64,000 nucleotides of DNA, from assembly GCA_963749705.1 (NCBI GenBank), contig CAVVNQ010000003.1, positions 32,001 to 96,000 of the forward strand, written 5' to 3'. This DNA comes from an uncultured Chloroflexia bacterium (GTDB lineage: Bacteria > Chloroflexota > Limnocylindria > Limnocylindrales > CSP1-4). Made by a program: the position numbers and the translations under genes. The notes beneath the pieces are model-generated. The model saw only the letters and a program-made list of their open reading frames with translations. It was not told where the DNA came from and did no database searches. Shown in pieces: positions 12,567 through 21,916 of the stretch (positions are counted from its first letter, which is position 1; each line of letters starts with the position of its first letter).

Positions 12567-13004
12567 ATGACCATCGACCACGTCGATCGAACGGTCGTGA
12601 CCGACGCACCCGCCTCGGTCACCACCAACGACACAACGCCGCCGCCGGCCCCAGCCCGCCAGACGGTCACCACCGACAGCCGGCACATCACGCGATCGGG
12701 TCCAGGTGGCCCGGAGATGACCCGCCGGATCATCGTGCTCGTGTTCGGGCTCATCCAGATCGTGATCGGGCTGCGGATCGTGCTGCTCCTGCTCGATGCC
12801 CGCACCGGCAACGCGCTCGTCTCGGGGATCCTCGATGTCAGCAAGATCTTCGTCGCGCCGTTCGAAGGGATCCTCAACACCAACGCCATCTCGTCGGGCG
12901 GCTCGATCCTCGACGTCGCCGCCGTGGTGGCCCTCGTGGGCTGGACGATCCTCGAGCTGATCGTGATCTGGGCCATCGGGATCTTCCGGCGCGAGCCGGC
13001 CTGA
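12567..13004 (+). CDS. YggT-like small membrane protein
   Basis: AGGAG RBS; hydrophobic hairpins with S..FVAPF.GI. Confidence 0.7.
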   Translation: MTIDHVDRTVVTDAPASVTTNDTTPPPAPARQTVTTDSRHITRSGPGGPEMTRRIIVLVFGLIQIVIGLRIVLLLLDARTGNALVSGILDVSKIFVAPFEGILNTNAISSGGSILDVAAVVALVGWTILELIVIWAIGIFRREPA

Positions 13005-13108
13005 CCCCGGGGATCCCTGACCGCGTCGCGGTCCTTGGCGGACGGGTTTCGTCCGCGACCGGCGCCGGCCCATCGTGGGCGGCGCGACAGCCTGAAGGAA
13101 CACACGCC

Positions 13109-13378
13109 ATGGGCTTCATCGCCTGGATCGTCGTCGGCGCCATCGCCGGCTTTATCGCCAACGCGGTCATGGGCTCCAGCCAGGGGCTCGTGATGATGGT
13201 CGTCCTGGGCATCGTCGGCGGCCTCGTGGGCGGGTTCGTCGCCACGAGCGTGCTCAAGATCGGCTCGGTCGACGGCATCAACGTCGAGAGCATCGTCATC
13301 GCCACCGTGGGGGCCATCGCGGTGGTCTTCGTGGTCGGCGCGCTGCGCGGCGGGTCGCGCGGCCTCACTCGCCGATGA
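13109..13378 (+). CDS. GlsB/YeaQ/YmgE (transglycosylase-associated) membrane protein
   Basis: IAWIVVGAIAGFIA, LGIVGGLVGG and ATVGAI pattern. Confidence 0.9.
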   Translation: MGFIAWIVVGAIAGFIANAVMGSSQGLVMMVVLGIVGGLVGGFVATSVLKIGSVDGINVESIVIATVGAIAVVFVVGALRGGSRGLTRR

Positions 13379-13439
13379 CGGCCGCCATCCTCGCCGCTGC
13401 CGGCGGCCGGCTCCCGATGACCAGAAGCAGGAGAACAGC

Positions 13440-14348
13440 ATGAAGATGCTTGGAACGATCGGGCTGGCGGCCGTCCTGGCTGCCACACTGGCCGGCACCG
13501 CGCTGGCCGCGCAGGCCCAGGTCGGCCTCGGCACGGCGGCGAGCTACGCCGTGCTGGCCGGCGAGACCATCACGAACACGGGGGCGACCACGATCACCGG
13601 TGATGTCGGGCTGCATCCCGGATCCTCCGTGACCGGCTTCGCCACGGTGACCCTCGACGGAACCCAGCACATCGCCGATGCCGCGGCGCTCCAGGCGAAG
13701 AACGACCTGGTCACCGCCTATGGCGACGCCGCGGGCAGGACGCCCGTCACCGCGGTACCCACGGAGCTCGGCGGCACGACCCTCACGGCCGGCGTCTACG
13801 GGTCCGACACGCTCGGGCTGACCGGAACGCTTACGCTCGACGCCGAGGGAGACTCCGGTGCGGTGTTCATCTTCCAGGCCGGGTCCACGCTGATCACGGC
13901 GCCCGACAGCACGGTGGCCCTCGCCAACGGCGCCTCGGCCTGCAACGTCTACTGGCAGGTCGGCAGCTCCGCGACGCTCGCCACGGCGACCACCTTCAAG
14001 GGGACGATCCTCGCCCTCACCTCGATCGCGCTGCAGACGGGGGCGACCCTCGAGGGGCGGGCTCTGGCCCGCAACGGCGCGGTCACGCTGGACACCAACG
14101 TGATCGACAGCGCTGCGTGCAATACGTCCGCTCCTGCCGCCACCCCGACCCCCACCACCAGCGCCACCGCTACCCCGGCGCCGGTGGCGACCATCCCGGC
14201 CACGGACACGGCATCCTCGACGCCTGCTGCAGTGACAGATCCGGTCTCGACTCCGCTCCTCGTCCTCCTGGTGGTGGCCGGACTCGCCTTCGTGGCGGCC
14301 ATTCGCCTGGTGGCCTCCCGGTCGCGATCCGGACCCCCGTCCTCCTGA
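13440..14348 (+). CDS. DUF3494 ice-binding-like protein, secreted and C-terminally anchored
   Basis: Signal peptide; YAVLAG, ITGDVG, DL..AY.DAAGR, LTAGVY, FIFQ, NVYWQVGSSATL, FKGTILA; P/T linker and TM tail. Confidence 0.93.
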   Translation: MKMLGTIGLAAVLAATLAGTALAAQAQVGLGTAASYAVLAGETITNTGATTITGDVGLHPGSSVTGFATVTLDGTQHIADAAALQAKNDLVTAYGDAAGRTPVTAVPTELGGTTLTAGVYGSDTLGLTGTLTLDAEGDSGAVFIFQAGSTLITAPDSTVALANGASACNVYWQVGSSATLATATTFKGTILALTSIALQTGATLEGRALARNGAVTLDTNVIDSAACNTSAPAATPTPTTSATATPAPVATIPATDTASSTPAAVTDPVSTPLLVLLVVAGLAFVAAIRLVASRSRSGPPSS

Positions 14349-14350
14349 CG

Positions 14351-15355
14351 ATGTCAGCGGCACCGATGGGCGCCAGGGTGAACGCGCGCATCGGCACGGC
14401 AAAGGTCCTGCGCACGGCGGGCATGGCCTTTACGCTTGCGGTGAGCCTGCTGGCCACCGGGCCACCCGCGCTGGCGACTGACCCGGCGGCTGACGAGCTC
14501 GGAGCCGCGGCGCGGCCCGCCGGCCTGGCAGCGGTGAGCCTCGGCACGGCATCGGGGTTTGCGGTGCTCGCGGGGACGCCGGCCATCGCCAACACCGGCC
14601 CGACGATCGTCATCGGTGACCTCGGCATCGACCCTTCGCCGACGGTGGCCGGGTTCCCGTCCGGGACGGTGAACGGGGCCATCCACCGGGCTGACGCAAT
14701 TGCCGAGCGTGCGCAGGACGACCTGGTCGCCGCCTATACCGACGCCGCCGGGCGCGCGGCGACAGCGACCCACGGGGCGCTCGGCGGGCTGACCCTCGTC
14801 GCGGGCGTCTACACCGACGGCGGGGGCACGCTCAACCTGGCGGGCGTGCTCACGCTCGACGCCCGCAATGACCCCGACGCGGTGTGGGTCCTTCAGGCAC
14901 GCTCCGACCTGGTCACCGCGCCGTCGAGCTCGGTGAAGCTCATCAACGGCGCCGACGCCTGCAACGTCTTCTGGCAGGTCGCGGGCTCGGCGACGCTCGG
15001 CTCCGACTCCACCTTTACCGGGACCATCCTCGCTCTCGGCTCCGTCACGATGAGCACCGGCGTGACCGTGGCGGGTCGAGTGCTCGCCCGAGGGGGTCCG
15101 GTGACGCTGGCTGGCGACAGGATCACGGCGCCCGCGTGCACGACGCCCATGCAGGGCAGCTTGTCCGGTCCAGCCGGGCCGATCCAGCCGATCGGATCGG
15201 CGGCGACGGACGCCGTTCACGGCCCGGCTCAATACCCCGTGGTGCCGGTCATTGCCATCCTGCTCATCGTGCTCGCGGCGATCTTCGGTGCGATCGAGCG
15301 TGAGCCGCGACGGGTCCGTTCCGGTCCGGACGGTCGCTGGCTATCCGGCGAGTGA
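14351..15355 (+). CDS. DUF3494 ice-binding-like protein (second copy)
   Basis: Same DUF3494 motifs (FAVLAG, NVFWQVAGSATLG, FTGTILA) and a C-terminal TM. Start uncertain between 14351 and 14378. Confidence 0.9.
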   Translation: MSAAPMGARVNARIGTAKVLRTAGMAFTLAVSLLATGPPALATDPAADELGAAARPAGLAAVSLGTASGFAVLAGTPAIANTGPTIVIGDLGIDPSPTVAGFPSGTVNGAIHRADAIAERAQDDLVAAYTDAAGRAATATHGALGGLTLVAGVYTDGGGTLNLAGVLTLDARNDPDAVWVLQARSDLVTAPSSSVKLINGADACNVFWQVAGSATLGSDSTFTGTILALGSVTMSTGVTVAGRVLARGGPVTLAGDRITAPACTTPMQGSLSGPAGPIQPIGSAATDAVHGPAQYPVVPVIAILLIVLAAIFGAIEREPRRVRSGPDGRWLSGE

Positions 15356-15470
15356 CGATCTCCGGCGTTTCCCGAGGCCCCGCGACGGATCCATCCCGAC
15401 GGCGCGGCCCGAGATGCCGGCATACCCTTCATGAGACAATCGGACTCCACGCACGAGGGGGAGGGCACCG

Positions 15471-16271
15471 GTGTCAGACAGCCACGCGACTGCCACGACC
15501 ACCTCGGAGGCACGCCGCGCGCTCGTCCTCCACGACCGTCAGCTCGTCGTCGACCTGATCGAGCTGACCCTCAACCATGGCTTGTTCGTGGTGCGGTCCA
15601 CGGGCGACCTGACCGAGGCCGAGGGGATCCTGGCGGACTGGCAGCCTGACCTGACCGTGATCGACATGGATCACGACGACAGCGCGGCGCTGCTCGGACG
15701 GCTGGGCGCCGCGAACCGCCTGACGAGGCGGGTGACACCGGCCCTCGGGCTCACCCGCCGGGGTGACCTGAAGACAAAGCTCCGGGCATTCGACCTGGGT
15801 GTCGATGACATCCTCACGATGCCGTTCTCGCCCGAGGAGCTGCTTGCCCGGTGCATCGTCATCACGCGTCGGGCGTCGGGAACGGACCGGCCGATCGTGC
15901 CGACGATCCGGCTCGGCGAGATCGAGATCGACATCCTGAGTCGCCAGGTCCGCGCAGGCAGCTCGGTCGTGCATCTGACCGGGATCGAGCAGAGCCTGCT
16001 GTACCTCCTCGCCAGCCGAGCCGGCCGCGCGGTCACGCGAGACGAGATCCTCGACGCTGTCTGGGGAACGGACTTCGTGACCGAGAGCAACATGGTCGAC
16101 CGCCACATTCGAAGCCTGCGCATCAAGCTCCAGAACGACTACCGCCACCCACGCTTCATTGCGACGGTTGCGGGCCAGGGCTACCGGTTCATCCCGACGT
16201 TCACGAACCTCGGTTGGGGGGGTGAGTCGGTGGATGCCGAGCCTCCGAACCACCGGGCATCGCCCGACTGA
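15471..16271 (+). CDS. OmpR/PhoB-type response regulator with atypical receiver
   Basis: C-terminal wHTH (LT..E..LL, VDRHIRSLRIKL, I.TV.G.GYRF); degenerate receiver domain. Confidence 0.88.
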   Translation: MSDSHATATTTSEARRALVLHDRQLVVDLIELTLNHGLFVVRSTGDLTEAEGILADWQPDLTVIDMDHDDSAALLGRLGAANRLTRRVTPALGLTRRGDLKTKLRAFDLGVDDILTMPFSPEELLARCIVITRRASGTDRPIVPTIRLGEIEIDILSRQVRAGSSVVHLTGIEQSLLYLLASRAGRAVTRDEILDAVWGTDFVTESNMVDRHIRSLRIKLQNDYRHPRFIATVAGQGYRFIPTFTNLGWGGESVDAEPPNHRASPD

Positions 16272-16487
16272 GCATCACCCCGCGCGGACGACGGGCCTGG
16301 CGCCGAGGCGACATTACGCGTCGTCATGACGGCATGGCCACGACGCGCAAGTGTGGCGTCGGCTCCGGAGCGCACGCTGACTTGCAGCGAACGGTGAGCC
16401 ACCTGCGCCGGGGGAAGCGCTGACCCGTCGCCGATCGGAGCGATCTCCTCACCGCAGAGCGCGGAGGTGCTCCGTCGGCGGCCCGGG

Positions 16488-17780
16488 TCAGGCGCGACTC
16501 CGCAGCGCGCGGACCGCGAGCACGACGCTCGCGAGCACCGAGCCCGCCACCAGCGACACGCCGGCGATGGCCGCCGGCCCGACGTCCATCGGCCAGCCGA
16601 TCGCGAGCAGCGCGGTCCCAATGTTGAGCGCCACCAGGCGCGGGGTTGCAACCCGACCCAGGATCCTCCGCCGGACCGCGTGCCCGGATGGACCACCGGG
16701 TCCGATCGCGGGCAGGAGATGGGTCCAGGACGCGATCAGCACCTGCGTGATCCAGCCCACCGCGAGCGGCGCGCCGACCAGCGATGTCGACCACGCATCG
16801 GGCGCCGACCCCATGACGAACAGCCGGCCGACGGCGAGCGCCATCCCGGCCGTGAACCACCCGATGCCGGCCAGCAGCCCGATCCCCGTCAGGCGGTGCC
16901 AGCCCGGATCGGTCGTCCACCGGCCGCGCGCCATCGTCACCCTGGTGGCCTCGAGCGCGAGGGCGCCCACGCCGACCGCGGTCAGCAGCGCCCCGCCGCG
17001 AACCAGCGGGCCGGCGTCGAGACCCAGCCCCAGGACGACCACGGGCGAGCCCATCGCAACCCCGAGCACCGCCACGATCGCGCTCGCCCGGGCCACGATC
17101 CGTGTCCCCAGCACCGTCGGCAGGAAGTGCAGCAGGGTGCCCACGATGATCAGCGACACGAACCCGACGAGGTTGGTCCAGGCGTGCGCGGGCTTGAGCA
17201 GCGCCCAGCGCTCGAGCACCGGCAGCCAGCCGGCAACGAACAGGGTGCCCAGCGTGGCACCGATCGCCACGTTGGCGAGCGCGAGCTCGTACGCGAGCGT
17301 CACGATCGGCCGGCGGACCATCAGGCCCGCCCGGCCCGCGCCCTGGAGCGCGACGGCCGTGAGGCCGATCCCGGCGAGGTACACCACGCCGCCGAGCGGG
17401 GGCAGCGCCGTCCATCCGGGCACCAGCCCGCGCACGGCGACCAGCAGCGCACCCGACGCGACAAGGATCACGGCCCCCGCGCGCACGCGGGCATTCGCCG
17501 GGTGGCCTGCGGACAGGGCCGCCACGAAGAACGGCATGACCCCCGCGATCGCGGTCGACGCGCCGCCGGCGAGCGCGAGATGCAGCGGCAGCCAGGGCGC
17601 GACGGTGCCGCCGGCCATCGCCTCCAGGACCACCGCCAGACCGGCGGCGGCGAGGTACAGGGCCGCGAGTACGACCGCCGCCACCGCGACCCGGCGATCG
17701 TCCGCGCGCCGCGGACCCGGCGTGGCCTGCCCGGGCAGCAGGCCGGCACGGGCCGGTCGGCCCTCGTCATTCGGGCGCAT
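16488..17780 (-). CDS. Multi-pass membrane protein, NirK-associated type
   Basis: About 12 TM segments with WLPLHL, AHAW.N..GF and HLLP motifs; divergent from nirK; GAAGGGG RBS. Confidence 0.7.
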   Translation of the reverse strand: MRPNDEGRPARAGLLPGQATPGPRRADDRRVAVAAVVLAALYLAAAGLAVVLEAMAGGTVAPWLPLHLALAGGASTAIAGVMPFFVAALSAGHPANARVRAGAVILVASGALLVAVRGLVPGWTALPPLGGVVYLAGIGLTAVALQGAGRAGLMVRRPIVTLAYELALANVAIGATLGTLFVAGWLPVLERWALLKPAHAWTNLVGFVSLIIVGTLLHFLPTVLGTRIVARASAIVAVLGVAMGSPVVVLGLGLDAGPLVRGGALLTAVGVGALALEATRVTMARGRWTTDPGWHRLTGIGLLAGIGWFTAGMALAVGRLFVMGSAPDAWSTSLVGAPLAVGWITQVLIASWTHLLPAIGPGGPSGHAVRRRILGRVATPRLVALNIGTALLAIGWPMDVGPAAIAGVSLVAGSVLASVVLAVRALRSRA

Positions 17781-17917
17781 GGTCCCCTTCACAAATACAT
17801 AGTAAGTTGCTGATAGTTAGCACGCACACCGCGAGAGGCCCGGCGCCACGGGACGCACGGCAGCGGTGAGGCCGGCCCGGGACGGGGAACGACCCGAGAC
17901 CATCGAAAGGATCGGAC

Positions 17918-19039
17918 ATGTACCGCACCCGGCGCCTGCTCGCGGCGATCGCGCTCCTGTCACTCACCACGGCGGCCTGCGGCTCCGCCGCGAAGCCCGC
18001 CTGGACGTGGGGGCCCGACACGGGTCCTGCCGCCGTACCGGTCTCGGCCGTATCATCCGCCGCGCCGGCAGCATCCGCCGCGGCCCCCGCGGCATCCGGC
18101 ACGACCGATGGAATGGCCGGCATGTCCCCGGCGCCCGCCGCCGCGGCGCCCTCCCCGGATCCGAACGCCCCCGCGTACGAGGTGTTCGATCCGATCGCGC
18201 CGGAGGTGCTCCCCGGAACGGTCCACGATGTCGACTTCCCGATGATCGAGAAGGACATCACGGTCGCCACCGGCTTTGTCGTCCACACCTGGACCTTCGG
18301 CGGCACCGTTCCCGGACCGACCATCCGCGTCCACCTCGGTGACACCGTGCACGTGCACCTGACCAACAAGACGCCGATGAGCCACTCCATCGACTTCCAC
18401 GCCAGCCAGACGGCGATGAACCACCAGATGGTCGAGATCAAGCCCGGCGAGACGTTCACCTACACGTTCACGGCCGATTACGCCGGCGTCTGGATGTACC
18501 ACTGCGGCACCGCGCCGACCCTGTGGCACATCGCCAACGGGATGTTCGGCATGGTGATCGTGGAGCCCAAGGGCGGCCTGCCCAGGGTGGACAACGAGTT
18601 CACGATCATCCAGAGCGAGTGGTACCTGGGGGCGCAGGGCCAGCCCGCCGACTACGCCAAGGCCAACGAGGTCGCCGCGTCACCCGACTTCGTGGTGTTC
18701 AACGGGGTCGCCAACCAGTACAAGGACAACCCGATCCCGGTCAAGACCAAGGGCCGGGTCCGGCTGTTCGTGCTCAACGTCGGCCCCAACATGGACAGCT
18801 CGTTCCATGTCGTGGGCACGATCTTCGACACGGTCGAGAAGGAAGGCATCGAGCTCAAGCGCGGCAACGCCGCCGGCTGGGGCTCGCAGGCCGTCGACCT
18901 CAGCCCGGCCCAGGCCGCGATCATCGAGTTCAGCCCCCAGGAGGATGGCGTCTACGCCTTCGTCACCCACGCGTTCAACCTGGTCGGTCACGGCGCCGTG
19001 GGCCTGTTCCAGGCCGGCGATGGCGACCCGCTGAACTGA
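17918..19039 (+). CDS. nirK: Copper-containing nitrite reductase (lipoprotein)
   Basis: Lipobox TAAC; HSIDFH, YHC..P...H...GM, SSFHVVG and FVTH give the T1/T2 Cu ligands plus catalytic Asp/His. Confidence 0.85.
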   Translation: MYRTRRLLAAIALLSLTTAACGSAAKPAWTWGPDTGPAAVPVSAVSSAAPAASAAAPAASGTTDGMAGMSPAPAAAAPSPDPNAPAYEVFDPIAPEVLPGTVHDVDFPMIEKDITVATGFVVHTWTFGGTVPGPTIRVHLGDTVHVHLTNKTPMSHSIDFHASQTAMNHQMVEIKPGETFTYTFTADYAGVWMYHCGTAPTLWHIANGMFGMVIVEPKGGLPRVDNEFTIIQSEWYLGAQGQPADYAKANEVAASPDFVVFNGVANQYKDNPIPVKTKGRVRLFVLNVGPNMDSSFHVVGTIFDTVEKEGIELKRGNAAGWGSQAVDLSPAQAAIIEFSPQEDGVYAFVTHAFNLVGHGAVGLFQAGDGDPLN

Positions 19040-19146
19040 CAACTCCCCCGTCCCGCGCCGGCGGCCGTCTTCCCCGGACGGTCGCCGGCGTCTTCGCGTT
19101 CCGGGGGCTGGCGCCGGGTGGGCGCGACACCCGTAGACTCCCGACC

Positions 19147-20091
19147 ATGAACGTGATCGACTGGCTGCTCGATGCGGATCCCGCGATCCGCTGGCAGGTG
19201 ATGCGCGACCTCACCGATGCCCCCGCGGACGTCGTCGCGGCCGAGCGCGCGCGGGTCGCAACCGATGGCTGGGGAGCACAGCTGCTTGCGCTCCAGGCGC
19301 CGGACGGGCGCTGGGACGGCGGTACCTATCGACCGGGCTGGGTCGACGAGTCGAAGCCGTTCTTCGATGCCTGGACGGCCACCCATTTTTCGCTCCAGGC
19401 GCTGCGCGAGCTGGGGCTGGACCCCGGCAGCCCCGAGGCACGACGGGCGGTGTCGCTGGTCCGCGACAACGTCCGCTGGGAGGCCAACGGCGCCACGTAC
19501 TTCGAGGGCGAGACCGAGCCGTGCATCAACGGCGTCGCGCTTGCCAACGGCGCCTACTTCGGGGAATCGGTCGACGGCATCGTCGAACGCCTGGTCGGCG
19601 ACGAGCTGGGCGATGGCGGCTGGAACTGCTGGGCCGAGTACGGCGCGAGCGTTTCGTCATTCCATTCGACGATCTGCGCGCTCGAGGGCCTGCTCGAATG
19701 GGAACGCGCGGGCGGGTCCTCGGACGCCGCCCGGGCAGCACGGCAGCGAGGCGAGGCGTACCTGCTCGAGCGCGGGCTGTTCCGTCGCCGCTCGACGGGC
19801 CGAGTTGCCGACCCGCGGTTCACGATGTTCTCGTTCCCGACGCGGTGGTACTACGACGTCCTCCGCGGGCTCGACTACTTCCAGGCAAGCGGGGCCGCGC
19901 CGGACGAGCGGTTCGCGGACGCGATCGCCCTGGTCGCGGACAAGCGCGGGGCGGATGGCCGGTGGGTGCTCGAGAACAGCCACCAGGGTCCGATCCACAT
20001 CGAGATGGAGGGTCCGGACGGCGCCCCGAGCCGGTGGAACACGCTCCGCGCGCTGCGGGTGCTCCGCTGGGCCGACGGCGGCGTCAGGTGA
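19147..20091 (+). CDS. Uncharacterised prenyltransferase/squalene-cyclase-repeat (alpha/alpha barrel) protein
   Basis: WLLDADPAIRWQ, Q.PDGRW, DGGWNC, WYYDVLRGL and SRWNTLRAL motifs. Confidence 0.7.
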   Translation: MNVIDWLLDADPAIRWQVMRDLTDAPADVVAAERARVATDGWGAQLLALQAPDGRWDGGTYRPGWVDESKPFFDAWTATHFSLQALRELGLDPGSPEARRAVSLVRDNVRWEANGATYFEGETEPCINGVALANGAYFGESVDGIVERLVGDELGDGGWNCWAEYGASVSSFHSTICALEGLLEWERAGGSSDAARAARQRGEAYLLERGLFRRRSTGRVADPRFTMFSFPTRWYYDVLRGLDYFQASGAAPDERFADAIALVADKRGADGRWVLENSHQGPIHIEMEGPDGAPSRWNTLRALRVLRWADGGVR

Positions 20092-21313
20092 CGCCCGCAG
20101 CGGCGAGCGCAGCGATCTCGTCGTCGCCGTAGCCGAGCTCGGCCAGGATCTCGCGCGTGTGCTCACCCGCCAGCGGAGGCGCCGTCCGGATCGAGGCGGG
20201 GGTCGCGGACAGCTGGAACGGAAGCCCGACCTGACGCACCGCACCGAGGACCGGGTGCTCGACATCGACGGTCATCCCGCGTGCCCGGGCCTGCGCCGAC
20301 GCGAACGCCGCGGGCACGTCGTTGATCGGCCCGCACGGCACCTCGGCGGCGTCGAGGATCGGGAGCCAGTCCGCGGTGGGGCGGGCGACGAACCGCGCGG
20401 CGAGGATCGGGCGCAGCCCGGCGCGGTTGATGACGCGATCGCCGTTGGTCGCGAACCTCGGGTCCGCGGCCAGCTCCGGCAGGCCGAGCGCGGCGCACAA
20501 CCGTGGCCACTGGCGCTCGCTGCCGACGGAAACGGCCATCTCGCCGTCGGCGGTCTCGAACGTCTCGTAGGGCACGATCGTCGGGTGCCGGTTGCCCAGC
20601 CGTCCCGGCGCGCTCCCGGTCACGAACGCGTTCTGCGCCTGGTTGACCAGGACCGCCAACGTCGATTCGAGCAGCGACACGTCGATCCGCTGCCCGCGAC
20701 CGTCGATCCGGTCCCGGCCGATGAGGCCGGCCAGCACCGACACGGCGCCGAACAGGCCGGTCACGACGTCGCTGATCGCCACCCCCACCTTGGTCGGTCG
20801 GCCGCCGTCCTCGTCGCGGCTGCCGGTGATCGACATCAGCCCGCCGATCGCCTGGATCACGAAGTCGTAGCCCGGCTTGGCGGCATCGGGGCCGTCGGGC
20901 CCGAACCCGGAGATCGCGAGGTGGACCAGCGCCGGATTGAGCGCCTGCAGGGTTTCCTCGCCGAAGCCGAGGCGCTCGAGACCGCCCACCCGGAAGTTCT
21001 CCACCAGCACGTCCGATGACCGGAGCAGCCGGCGCAGGACGTCGCTGCCCGCGGTCGTTCGAAGGTCGAGGCGGATCGACCGCTTGTTGCGGTTGACGGC
21101 GAGGTAGTACGCGGCGGTCCGCGTGCCGGCGGCGGCGTCACCGACCCACGGCGGTCCCCAGCCGCGCGTTGCGTCGCCCTCGGGCGGCTCGACCTTGACC
21201 ACGTCCGCGCCGAGGTCCGCGAGCAGCATCGTGCAGTACGGCCCGGCCAGGACCGTGGAGCAGTCGGCGACGCGGATGCCGGCAAGGGGACCGGCGGCGG
21301 TGGGTTCGGGCAT
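20084..21313 (-). CDS. CaiB/BaiF family III CoA-transferase
   Basis: LAGPYC.MLLADLGADVVKVE, NRNKRS, ENFR, GYD and P.LGEHT-like motifs. Confidence 0.95.
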   Translation of the reverse strand: MPEPTAAGPLAGIRVADCSTVLAGPYCTMLLADLGADVVKVEPPEGDATRGWGPPWVGDAAAGTRTAAYYLAVNRNKRSIRLDLRTTAGSDVLRRLLRSSDVLVENFRVGGLERLGFGEETLQALNPALVHLAISGFGPDGPDAAKPGYDFVIQAIGGLMSITGSRDEDGGRPTKVGVAISDVVTGLFGAVSVLAGLIGRDRIDGRGQRIDVSLLESTLAVLVNQAQNAFVTGSAPGRLGNRHPTIVPYETFETADGEMAVSVGSERQWPRLCAALGLPELAADPRFATNGDRVINRAGLRPILAARFVARPTADWLPILDAAEVPCGPINDVPAAFASAQARARGMTVDVEHPVLGAVRQVGLPFQLSATPASIRTAPPLAGEHTREILAELGYGDDEIAALAAAGVT

Positions 21314-21382
21314 CGCCCGGATGGTACGGCGGCGGACCGGGCGGCGGTGGCGCGTCCCCGGGCGGCGGACCCTGGCTGCCGG

Positions 21383-21907
21383 TCAGTCCTCGGCGGGCGC
21401 GTCCGGCACCGTGATGTCCACGACATCGGCGCCCGTTGCGGCCACCAGGTCGGCCGGCGACACGTGGACGTTGACGCCGCGAGCACCACCGCCGATGGCG
21501 ACGACCTCGAGGGCCGTGATCGAGGCGTCCGCGATCACCGGCCACGCGCGGCGTGCGCCGAACGGGGTGATCGCGCCGCGCTCGTAGCCCGTGATCGCCT
21601 TCGCCTCCTCGGCATCGGGCAGGGTCACCCGGTTCACGCCCAGGAAGGCGCGCAGCCGCGGCCAGTCGAACCGTCGCCCGCCCGGCACCAGCACGAACAC
21701 GTAGTCATCGGCGGCGCGGCGGACGAGGATCGAACGCAGCAGGGACCCGAGCGGGATCCCCTGGAGCTCGGCGCTCTCCTCGGCGCTGCGCGCGATCTCC
21801 GTGCGCACGAGGCGGTACGGGATGCCGGCGGCCTCGAGGGCAACCGTCGCCGGAGTGGAGAAGGCCGGCTCGGGTTCGGTCGTCGTCGGGGGCGGCAGCT
21901 CGCTCAT
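21383..21907 (-). CDS. YbaK/EbsC aminoacyl-tRNA deacylase-like protein
   Basis: TGYERGAITPFG and IGGG.RG motifs. Confidence 0.88.
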   Translation of the reverse strand: MSELPPPTTTEPEPAFSTPATVALEAAGIPYRLVRTEIARSAEESAELQGIPLGSLLRSILVRRAADDYVFVLVPGGRRFDWPRLRAFLGVNRVTLPDAEEAKAITGYERGAITPFGARRAWPVIADASITALEVVAIGGGARGVNVHVSPADLVAATGADVVDITVPDAPAED

Positions 21908-21916
21908 GGCCGGACC

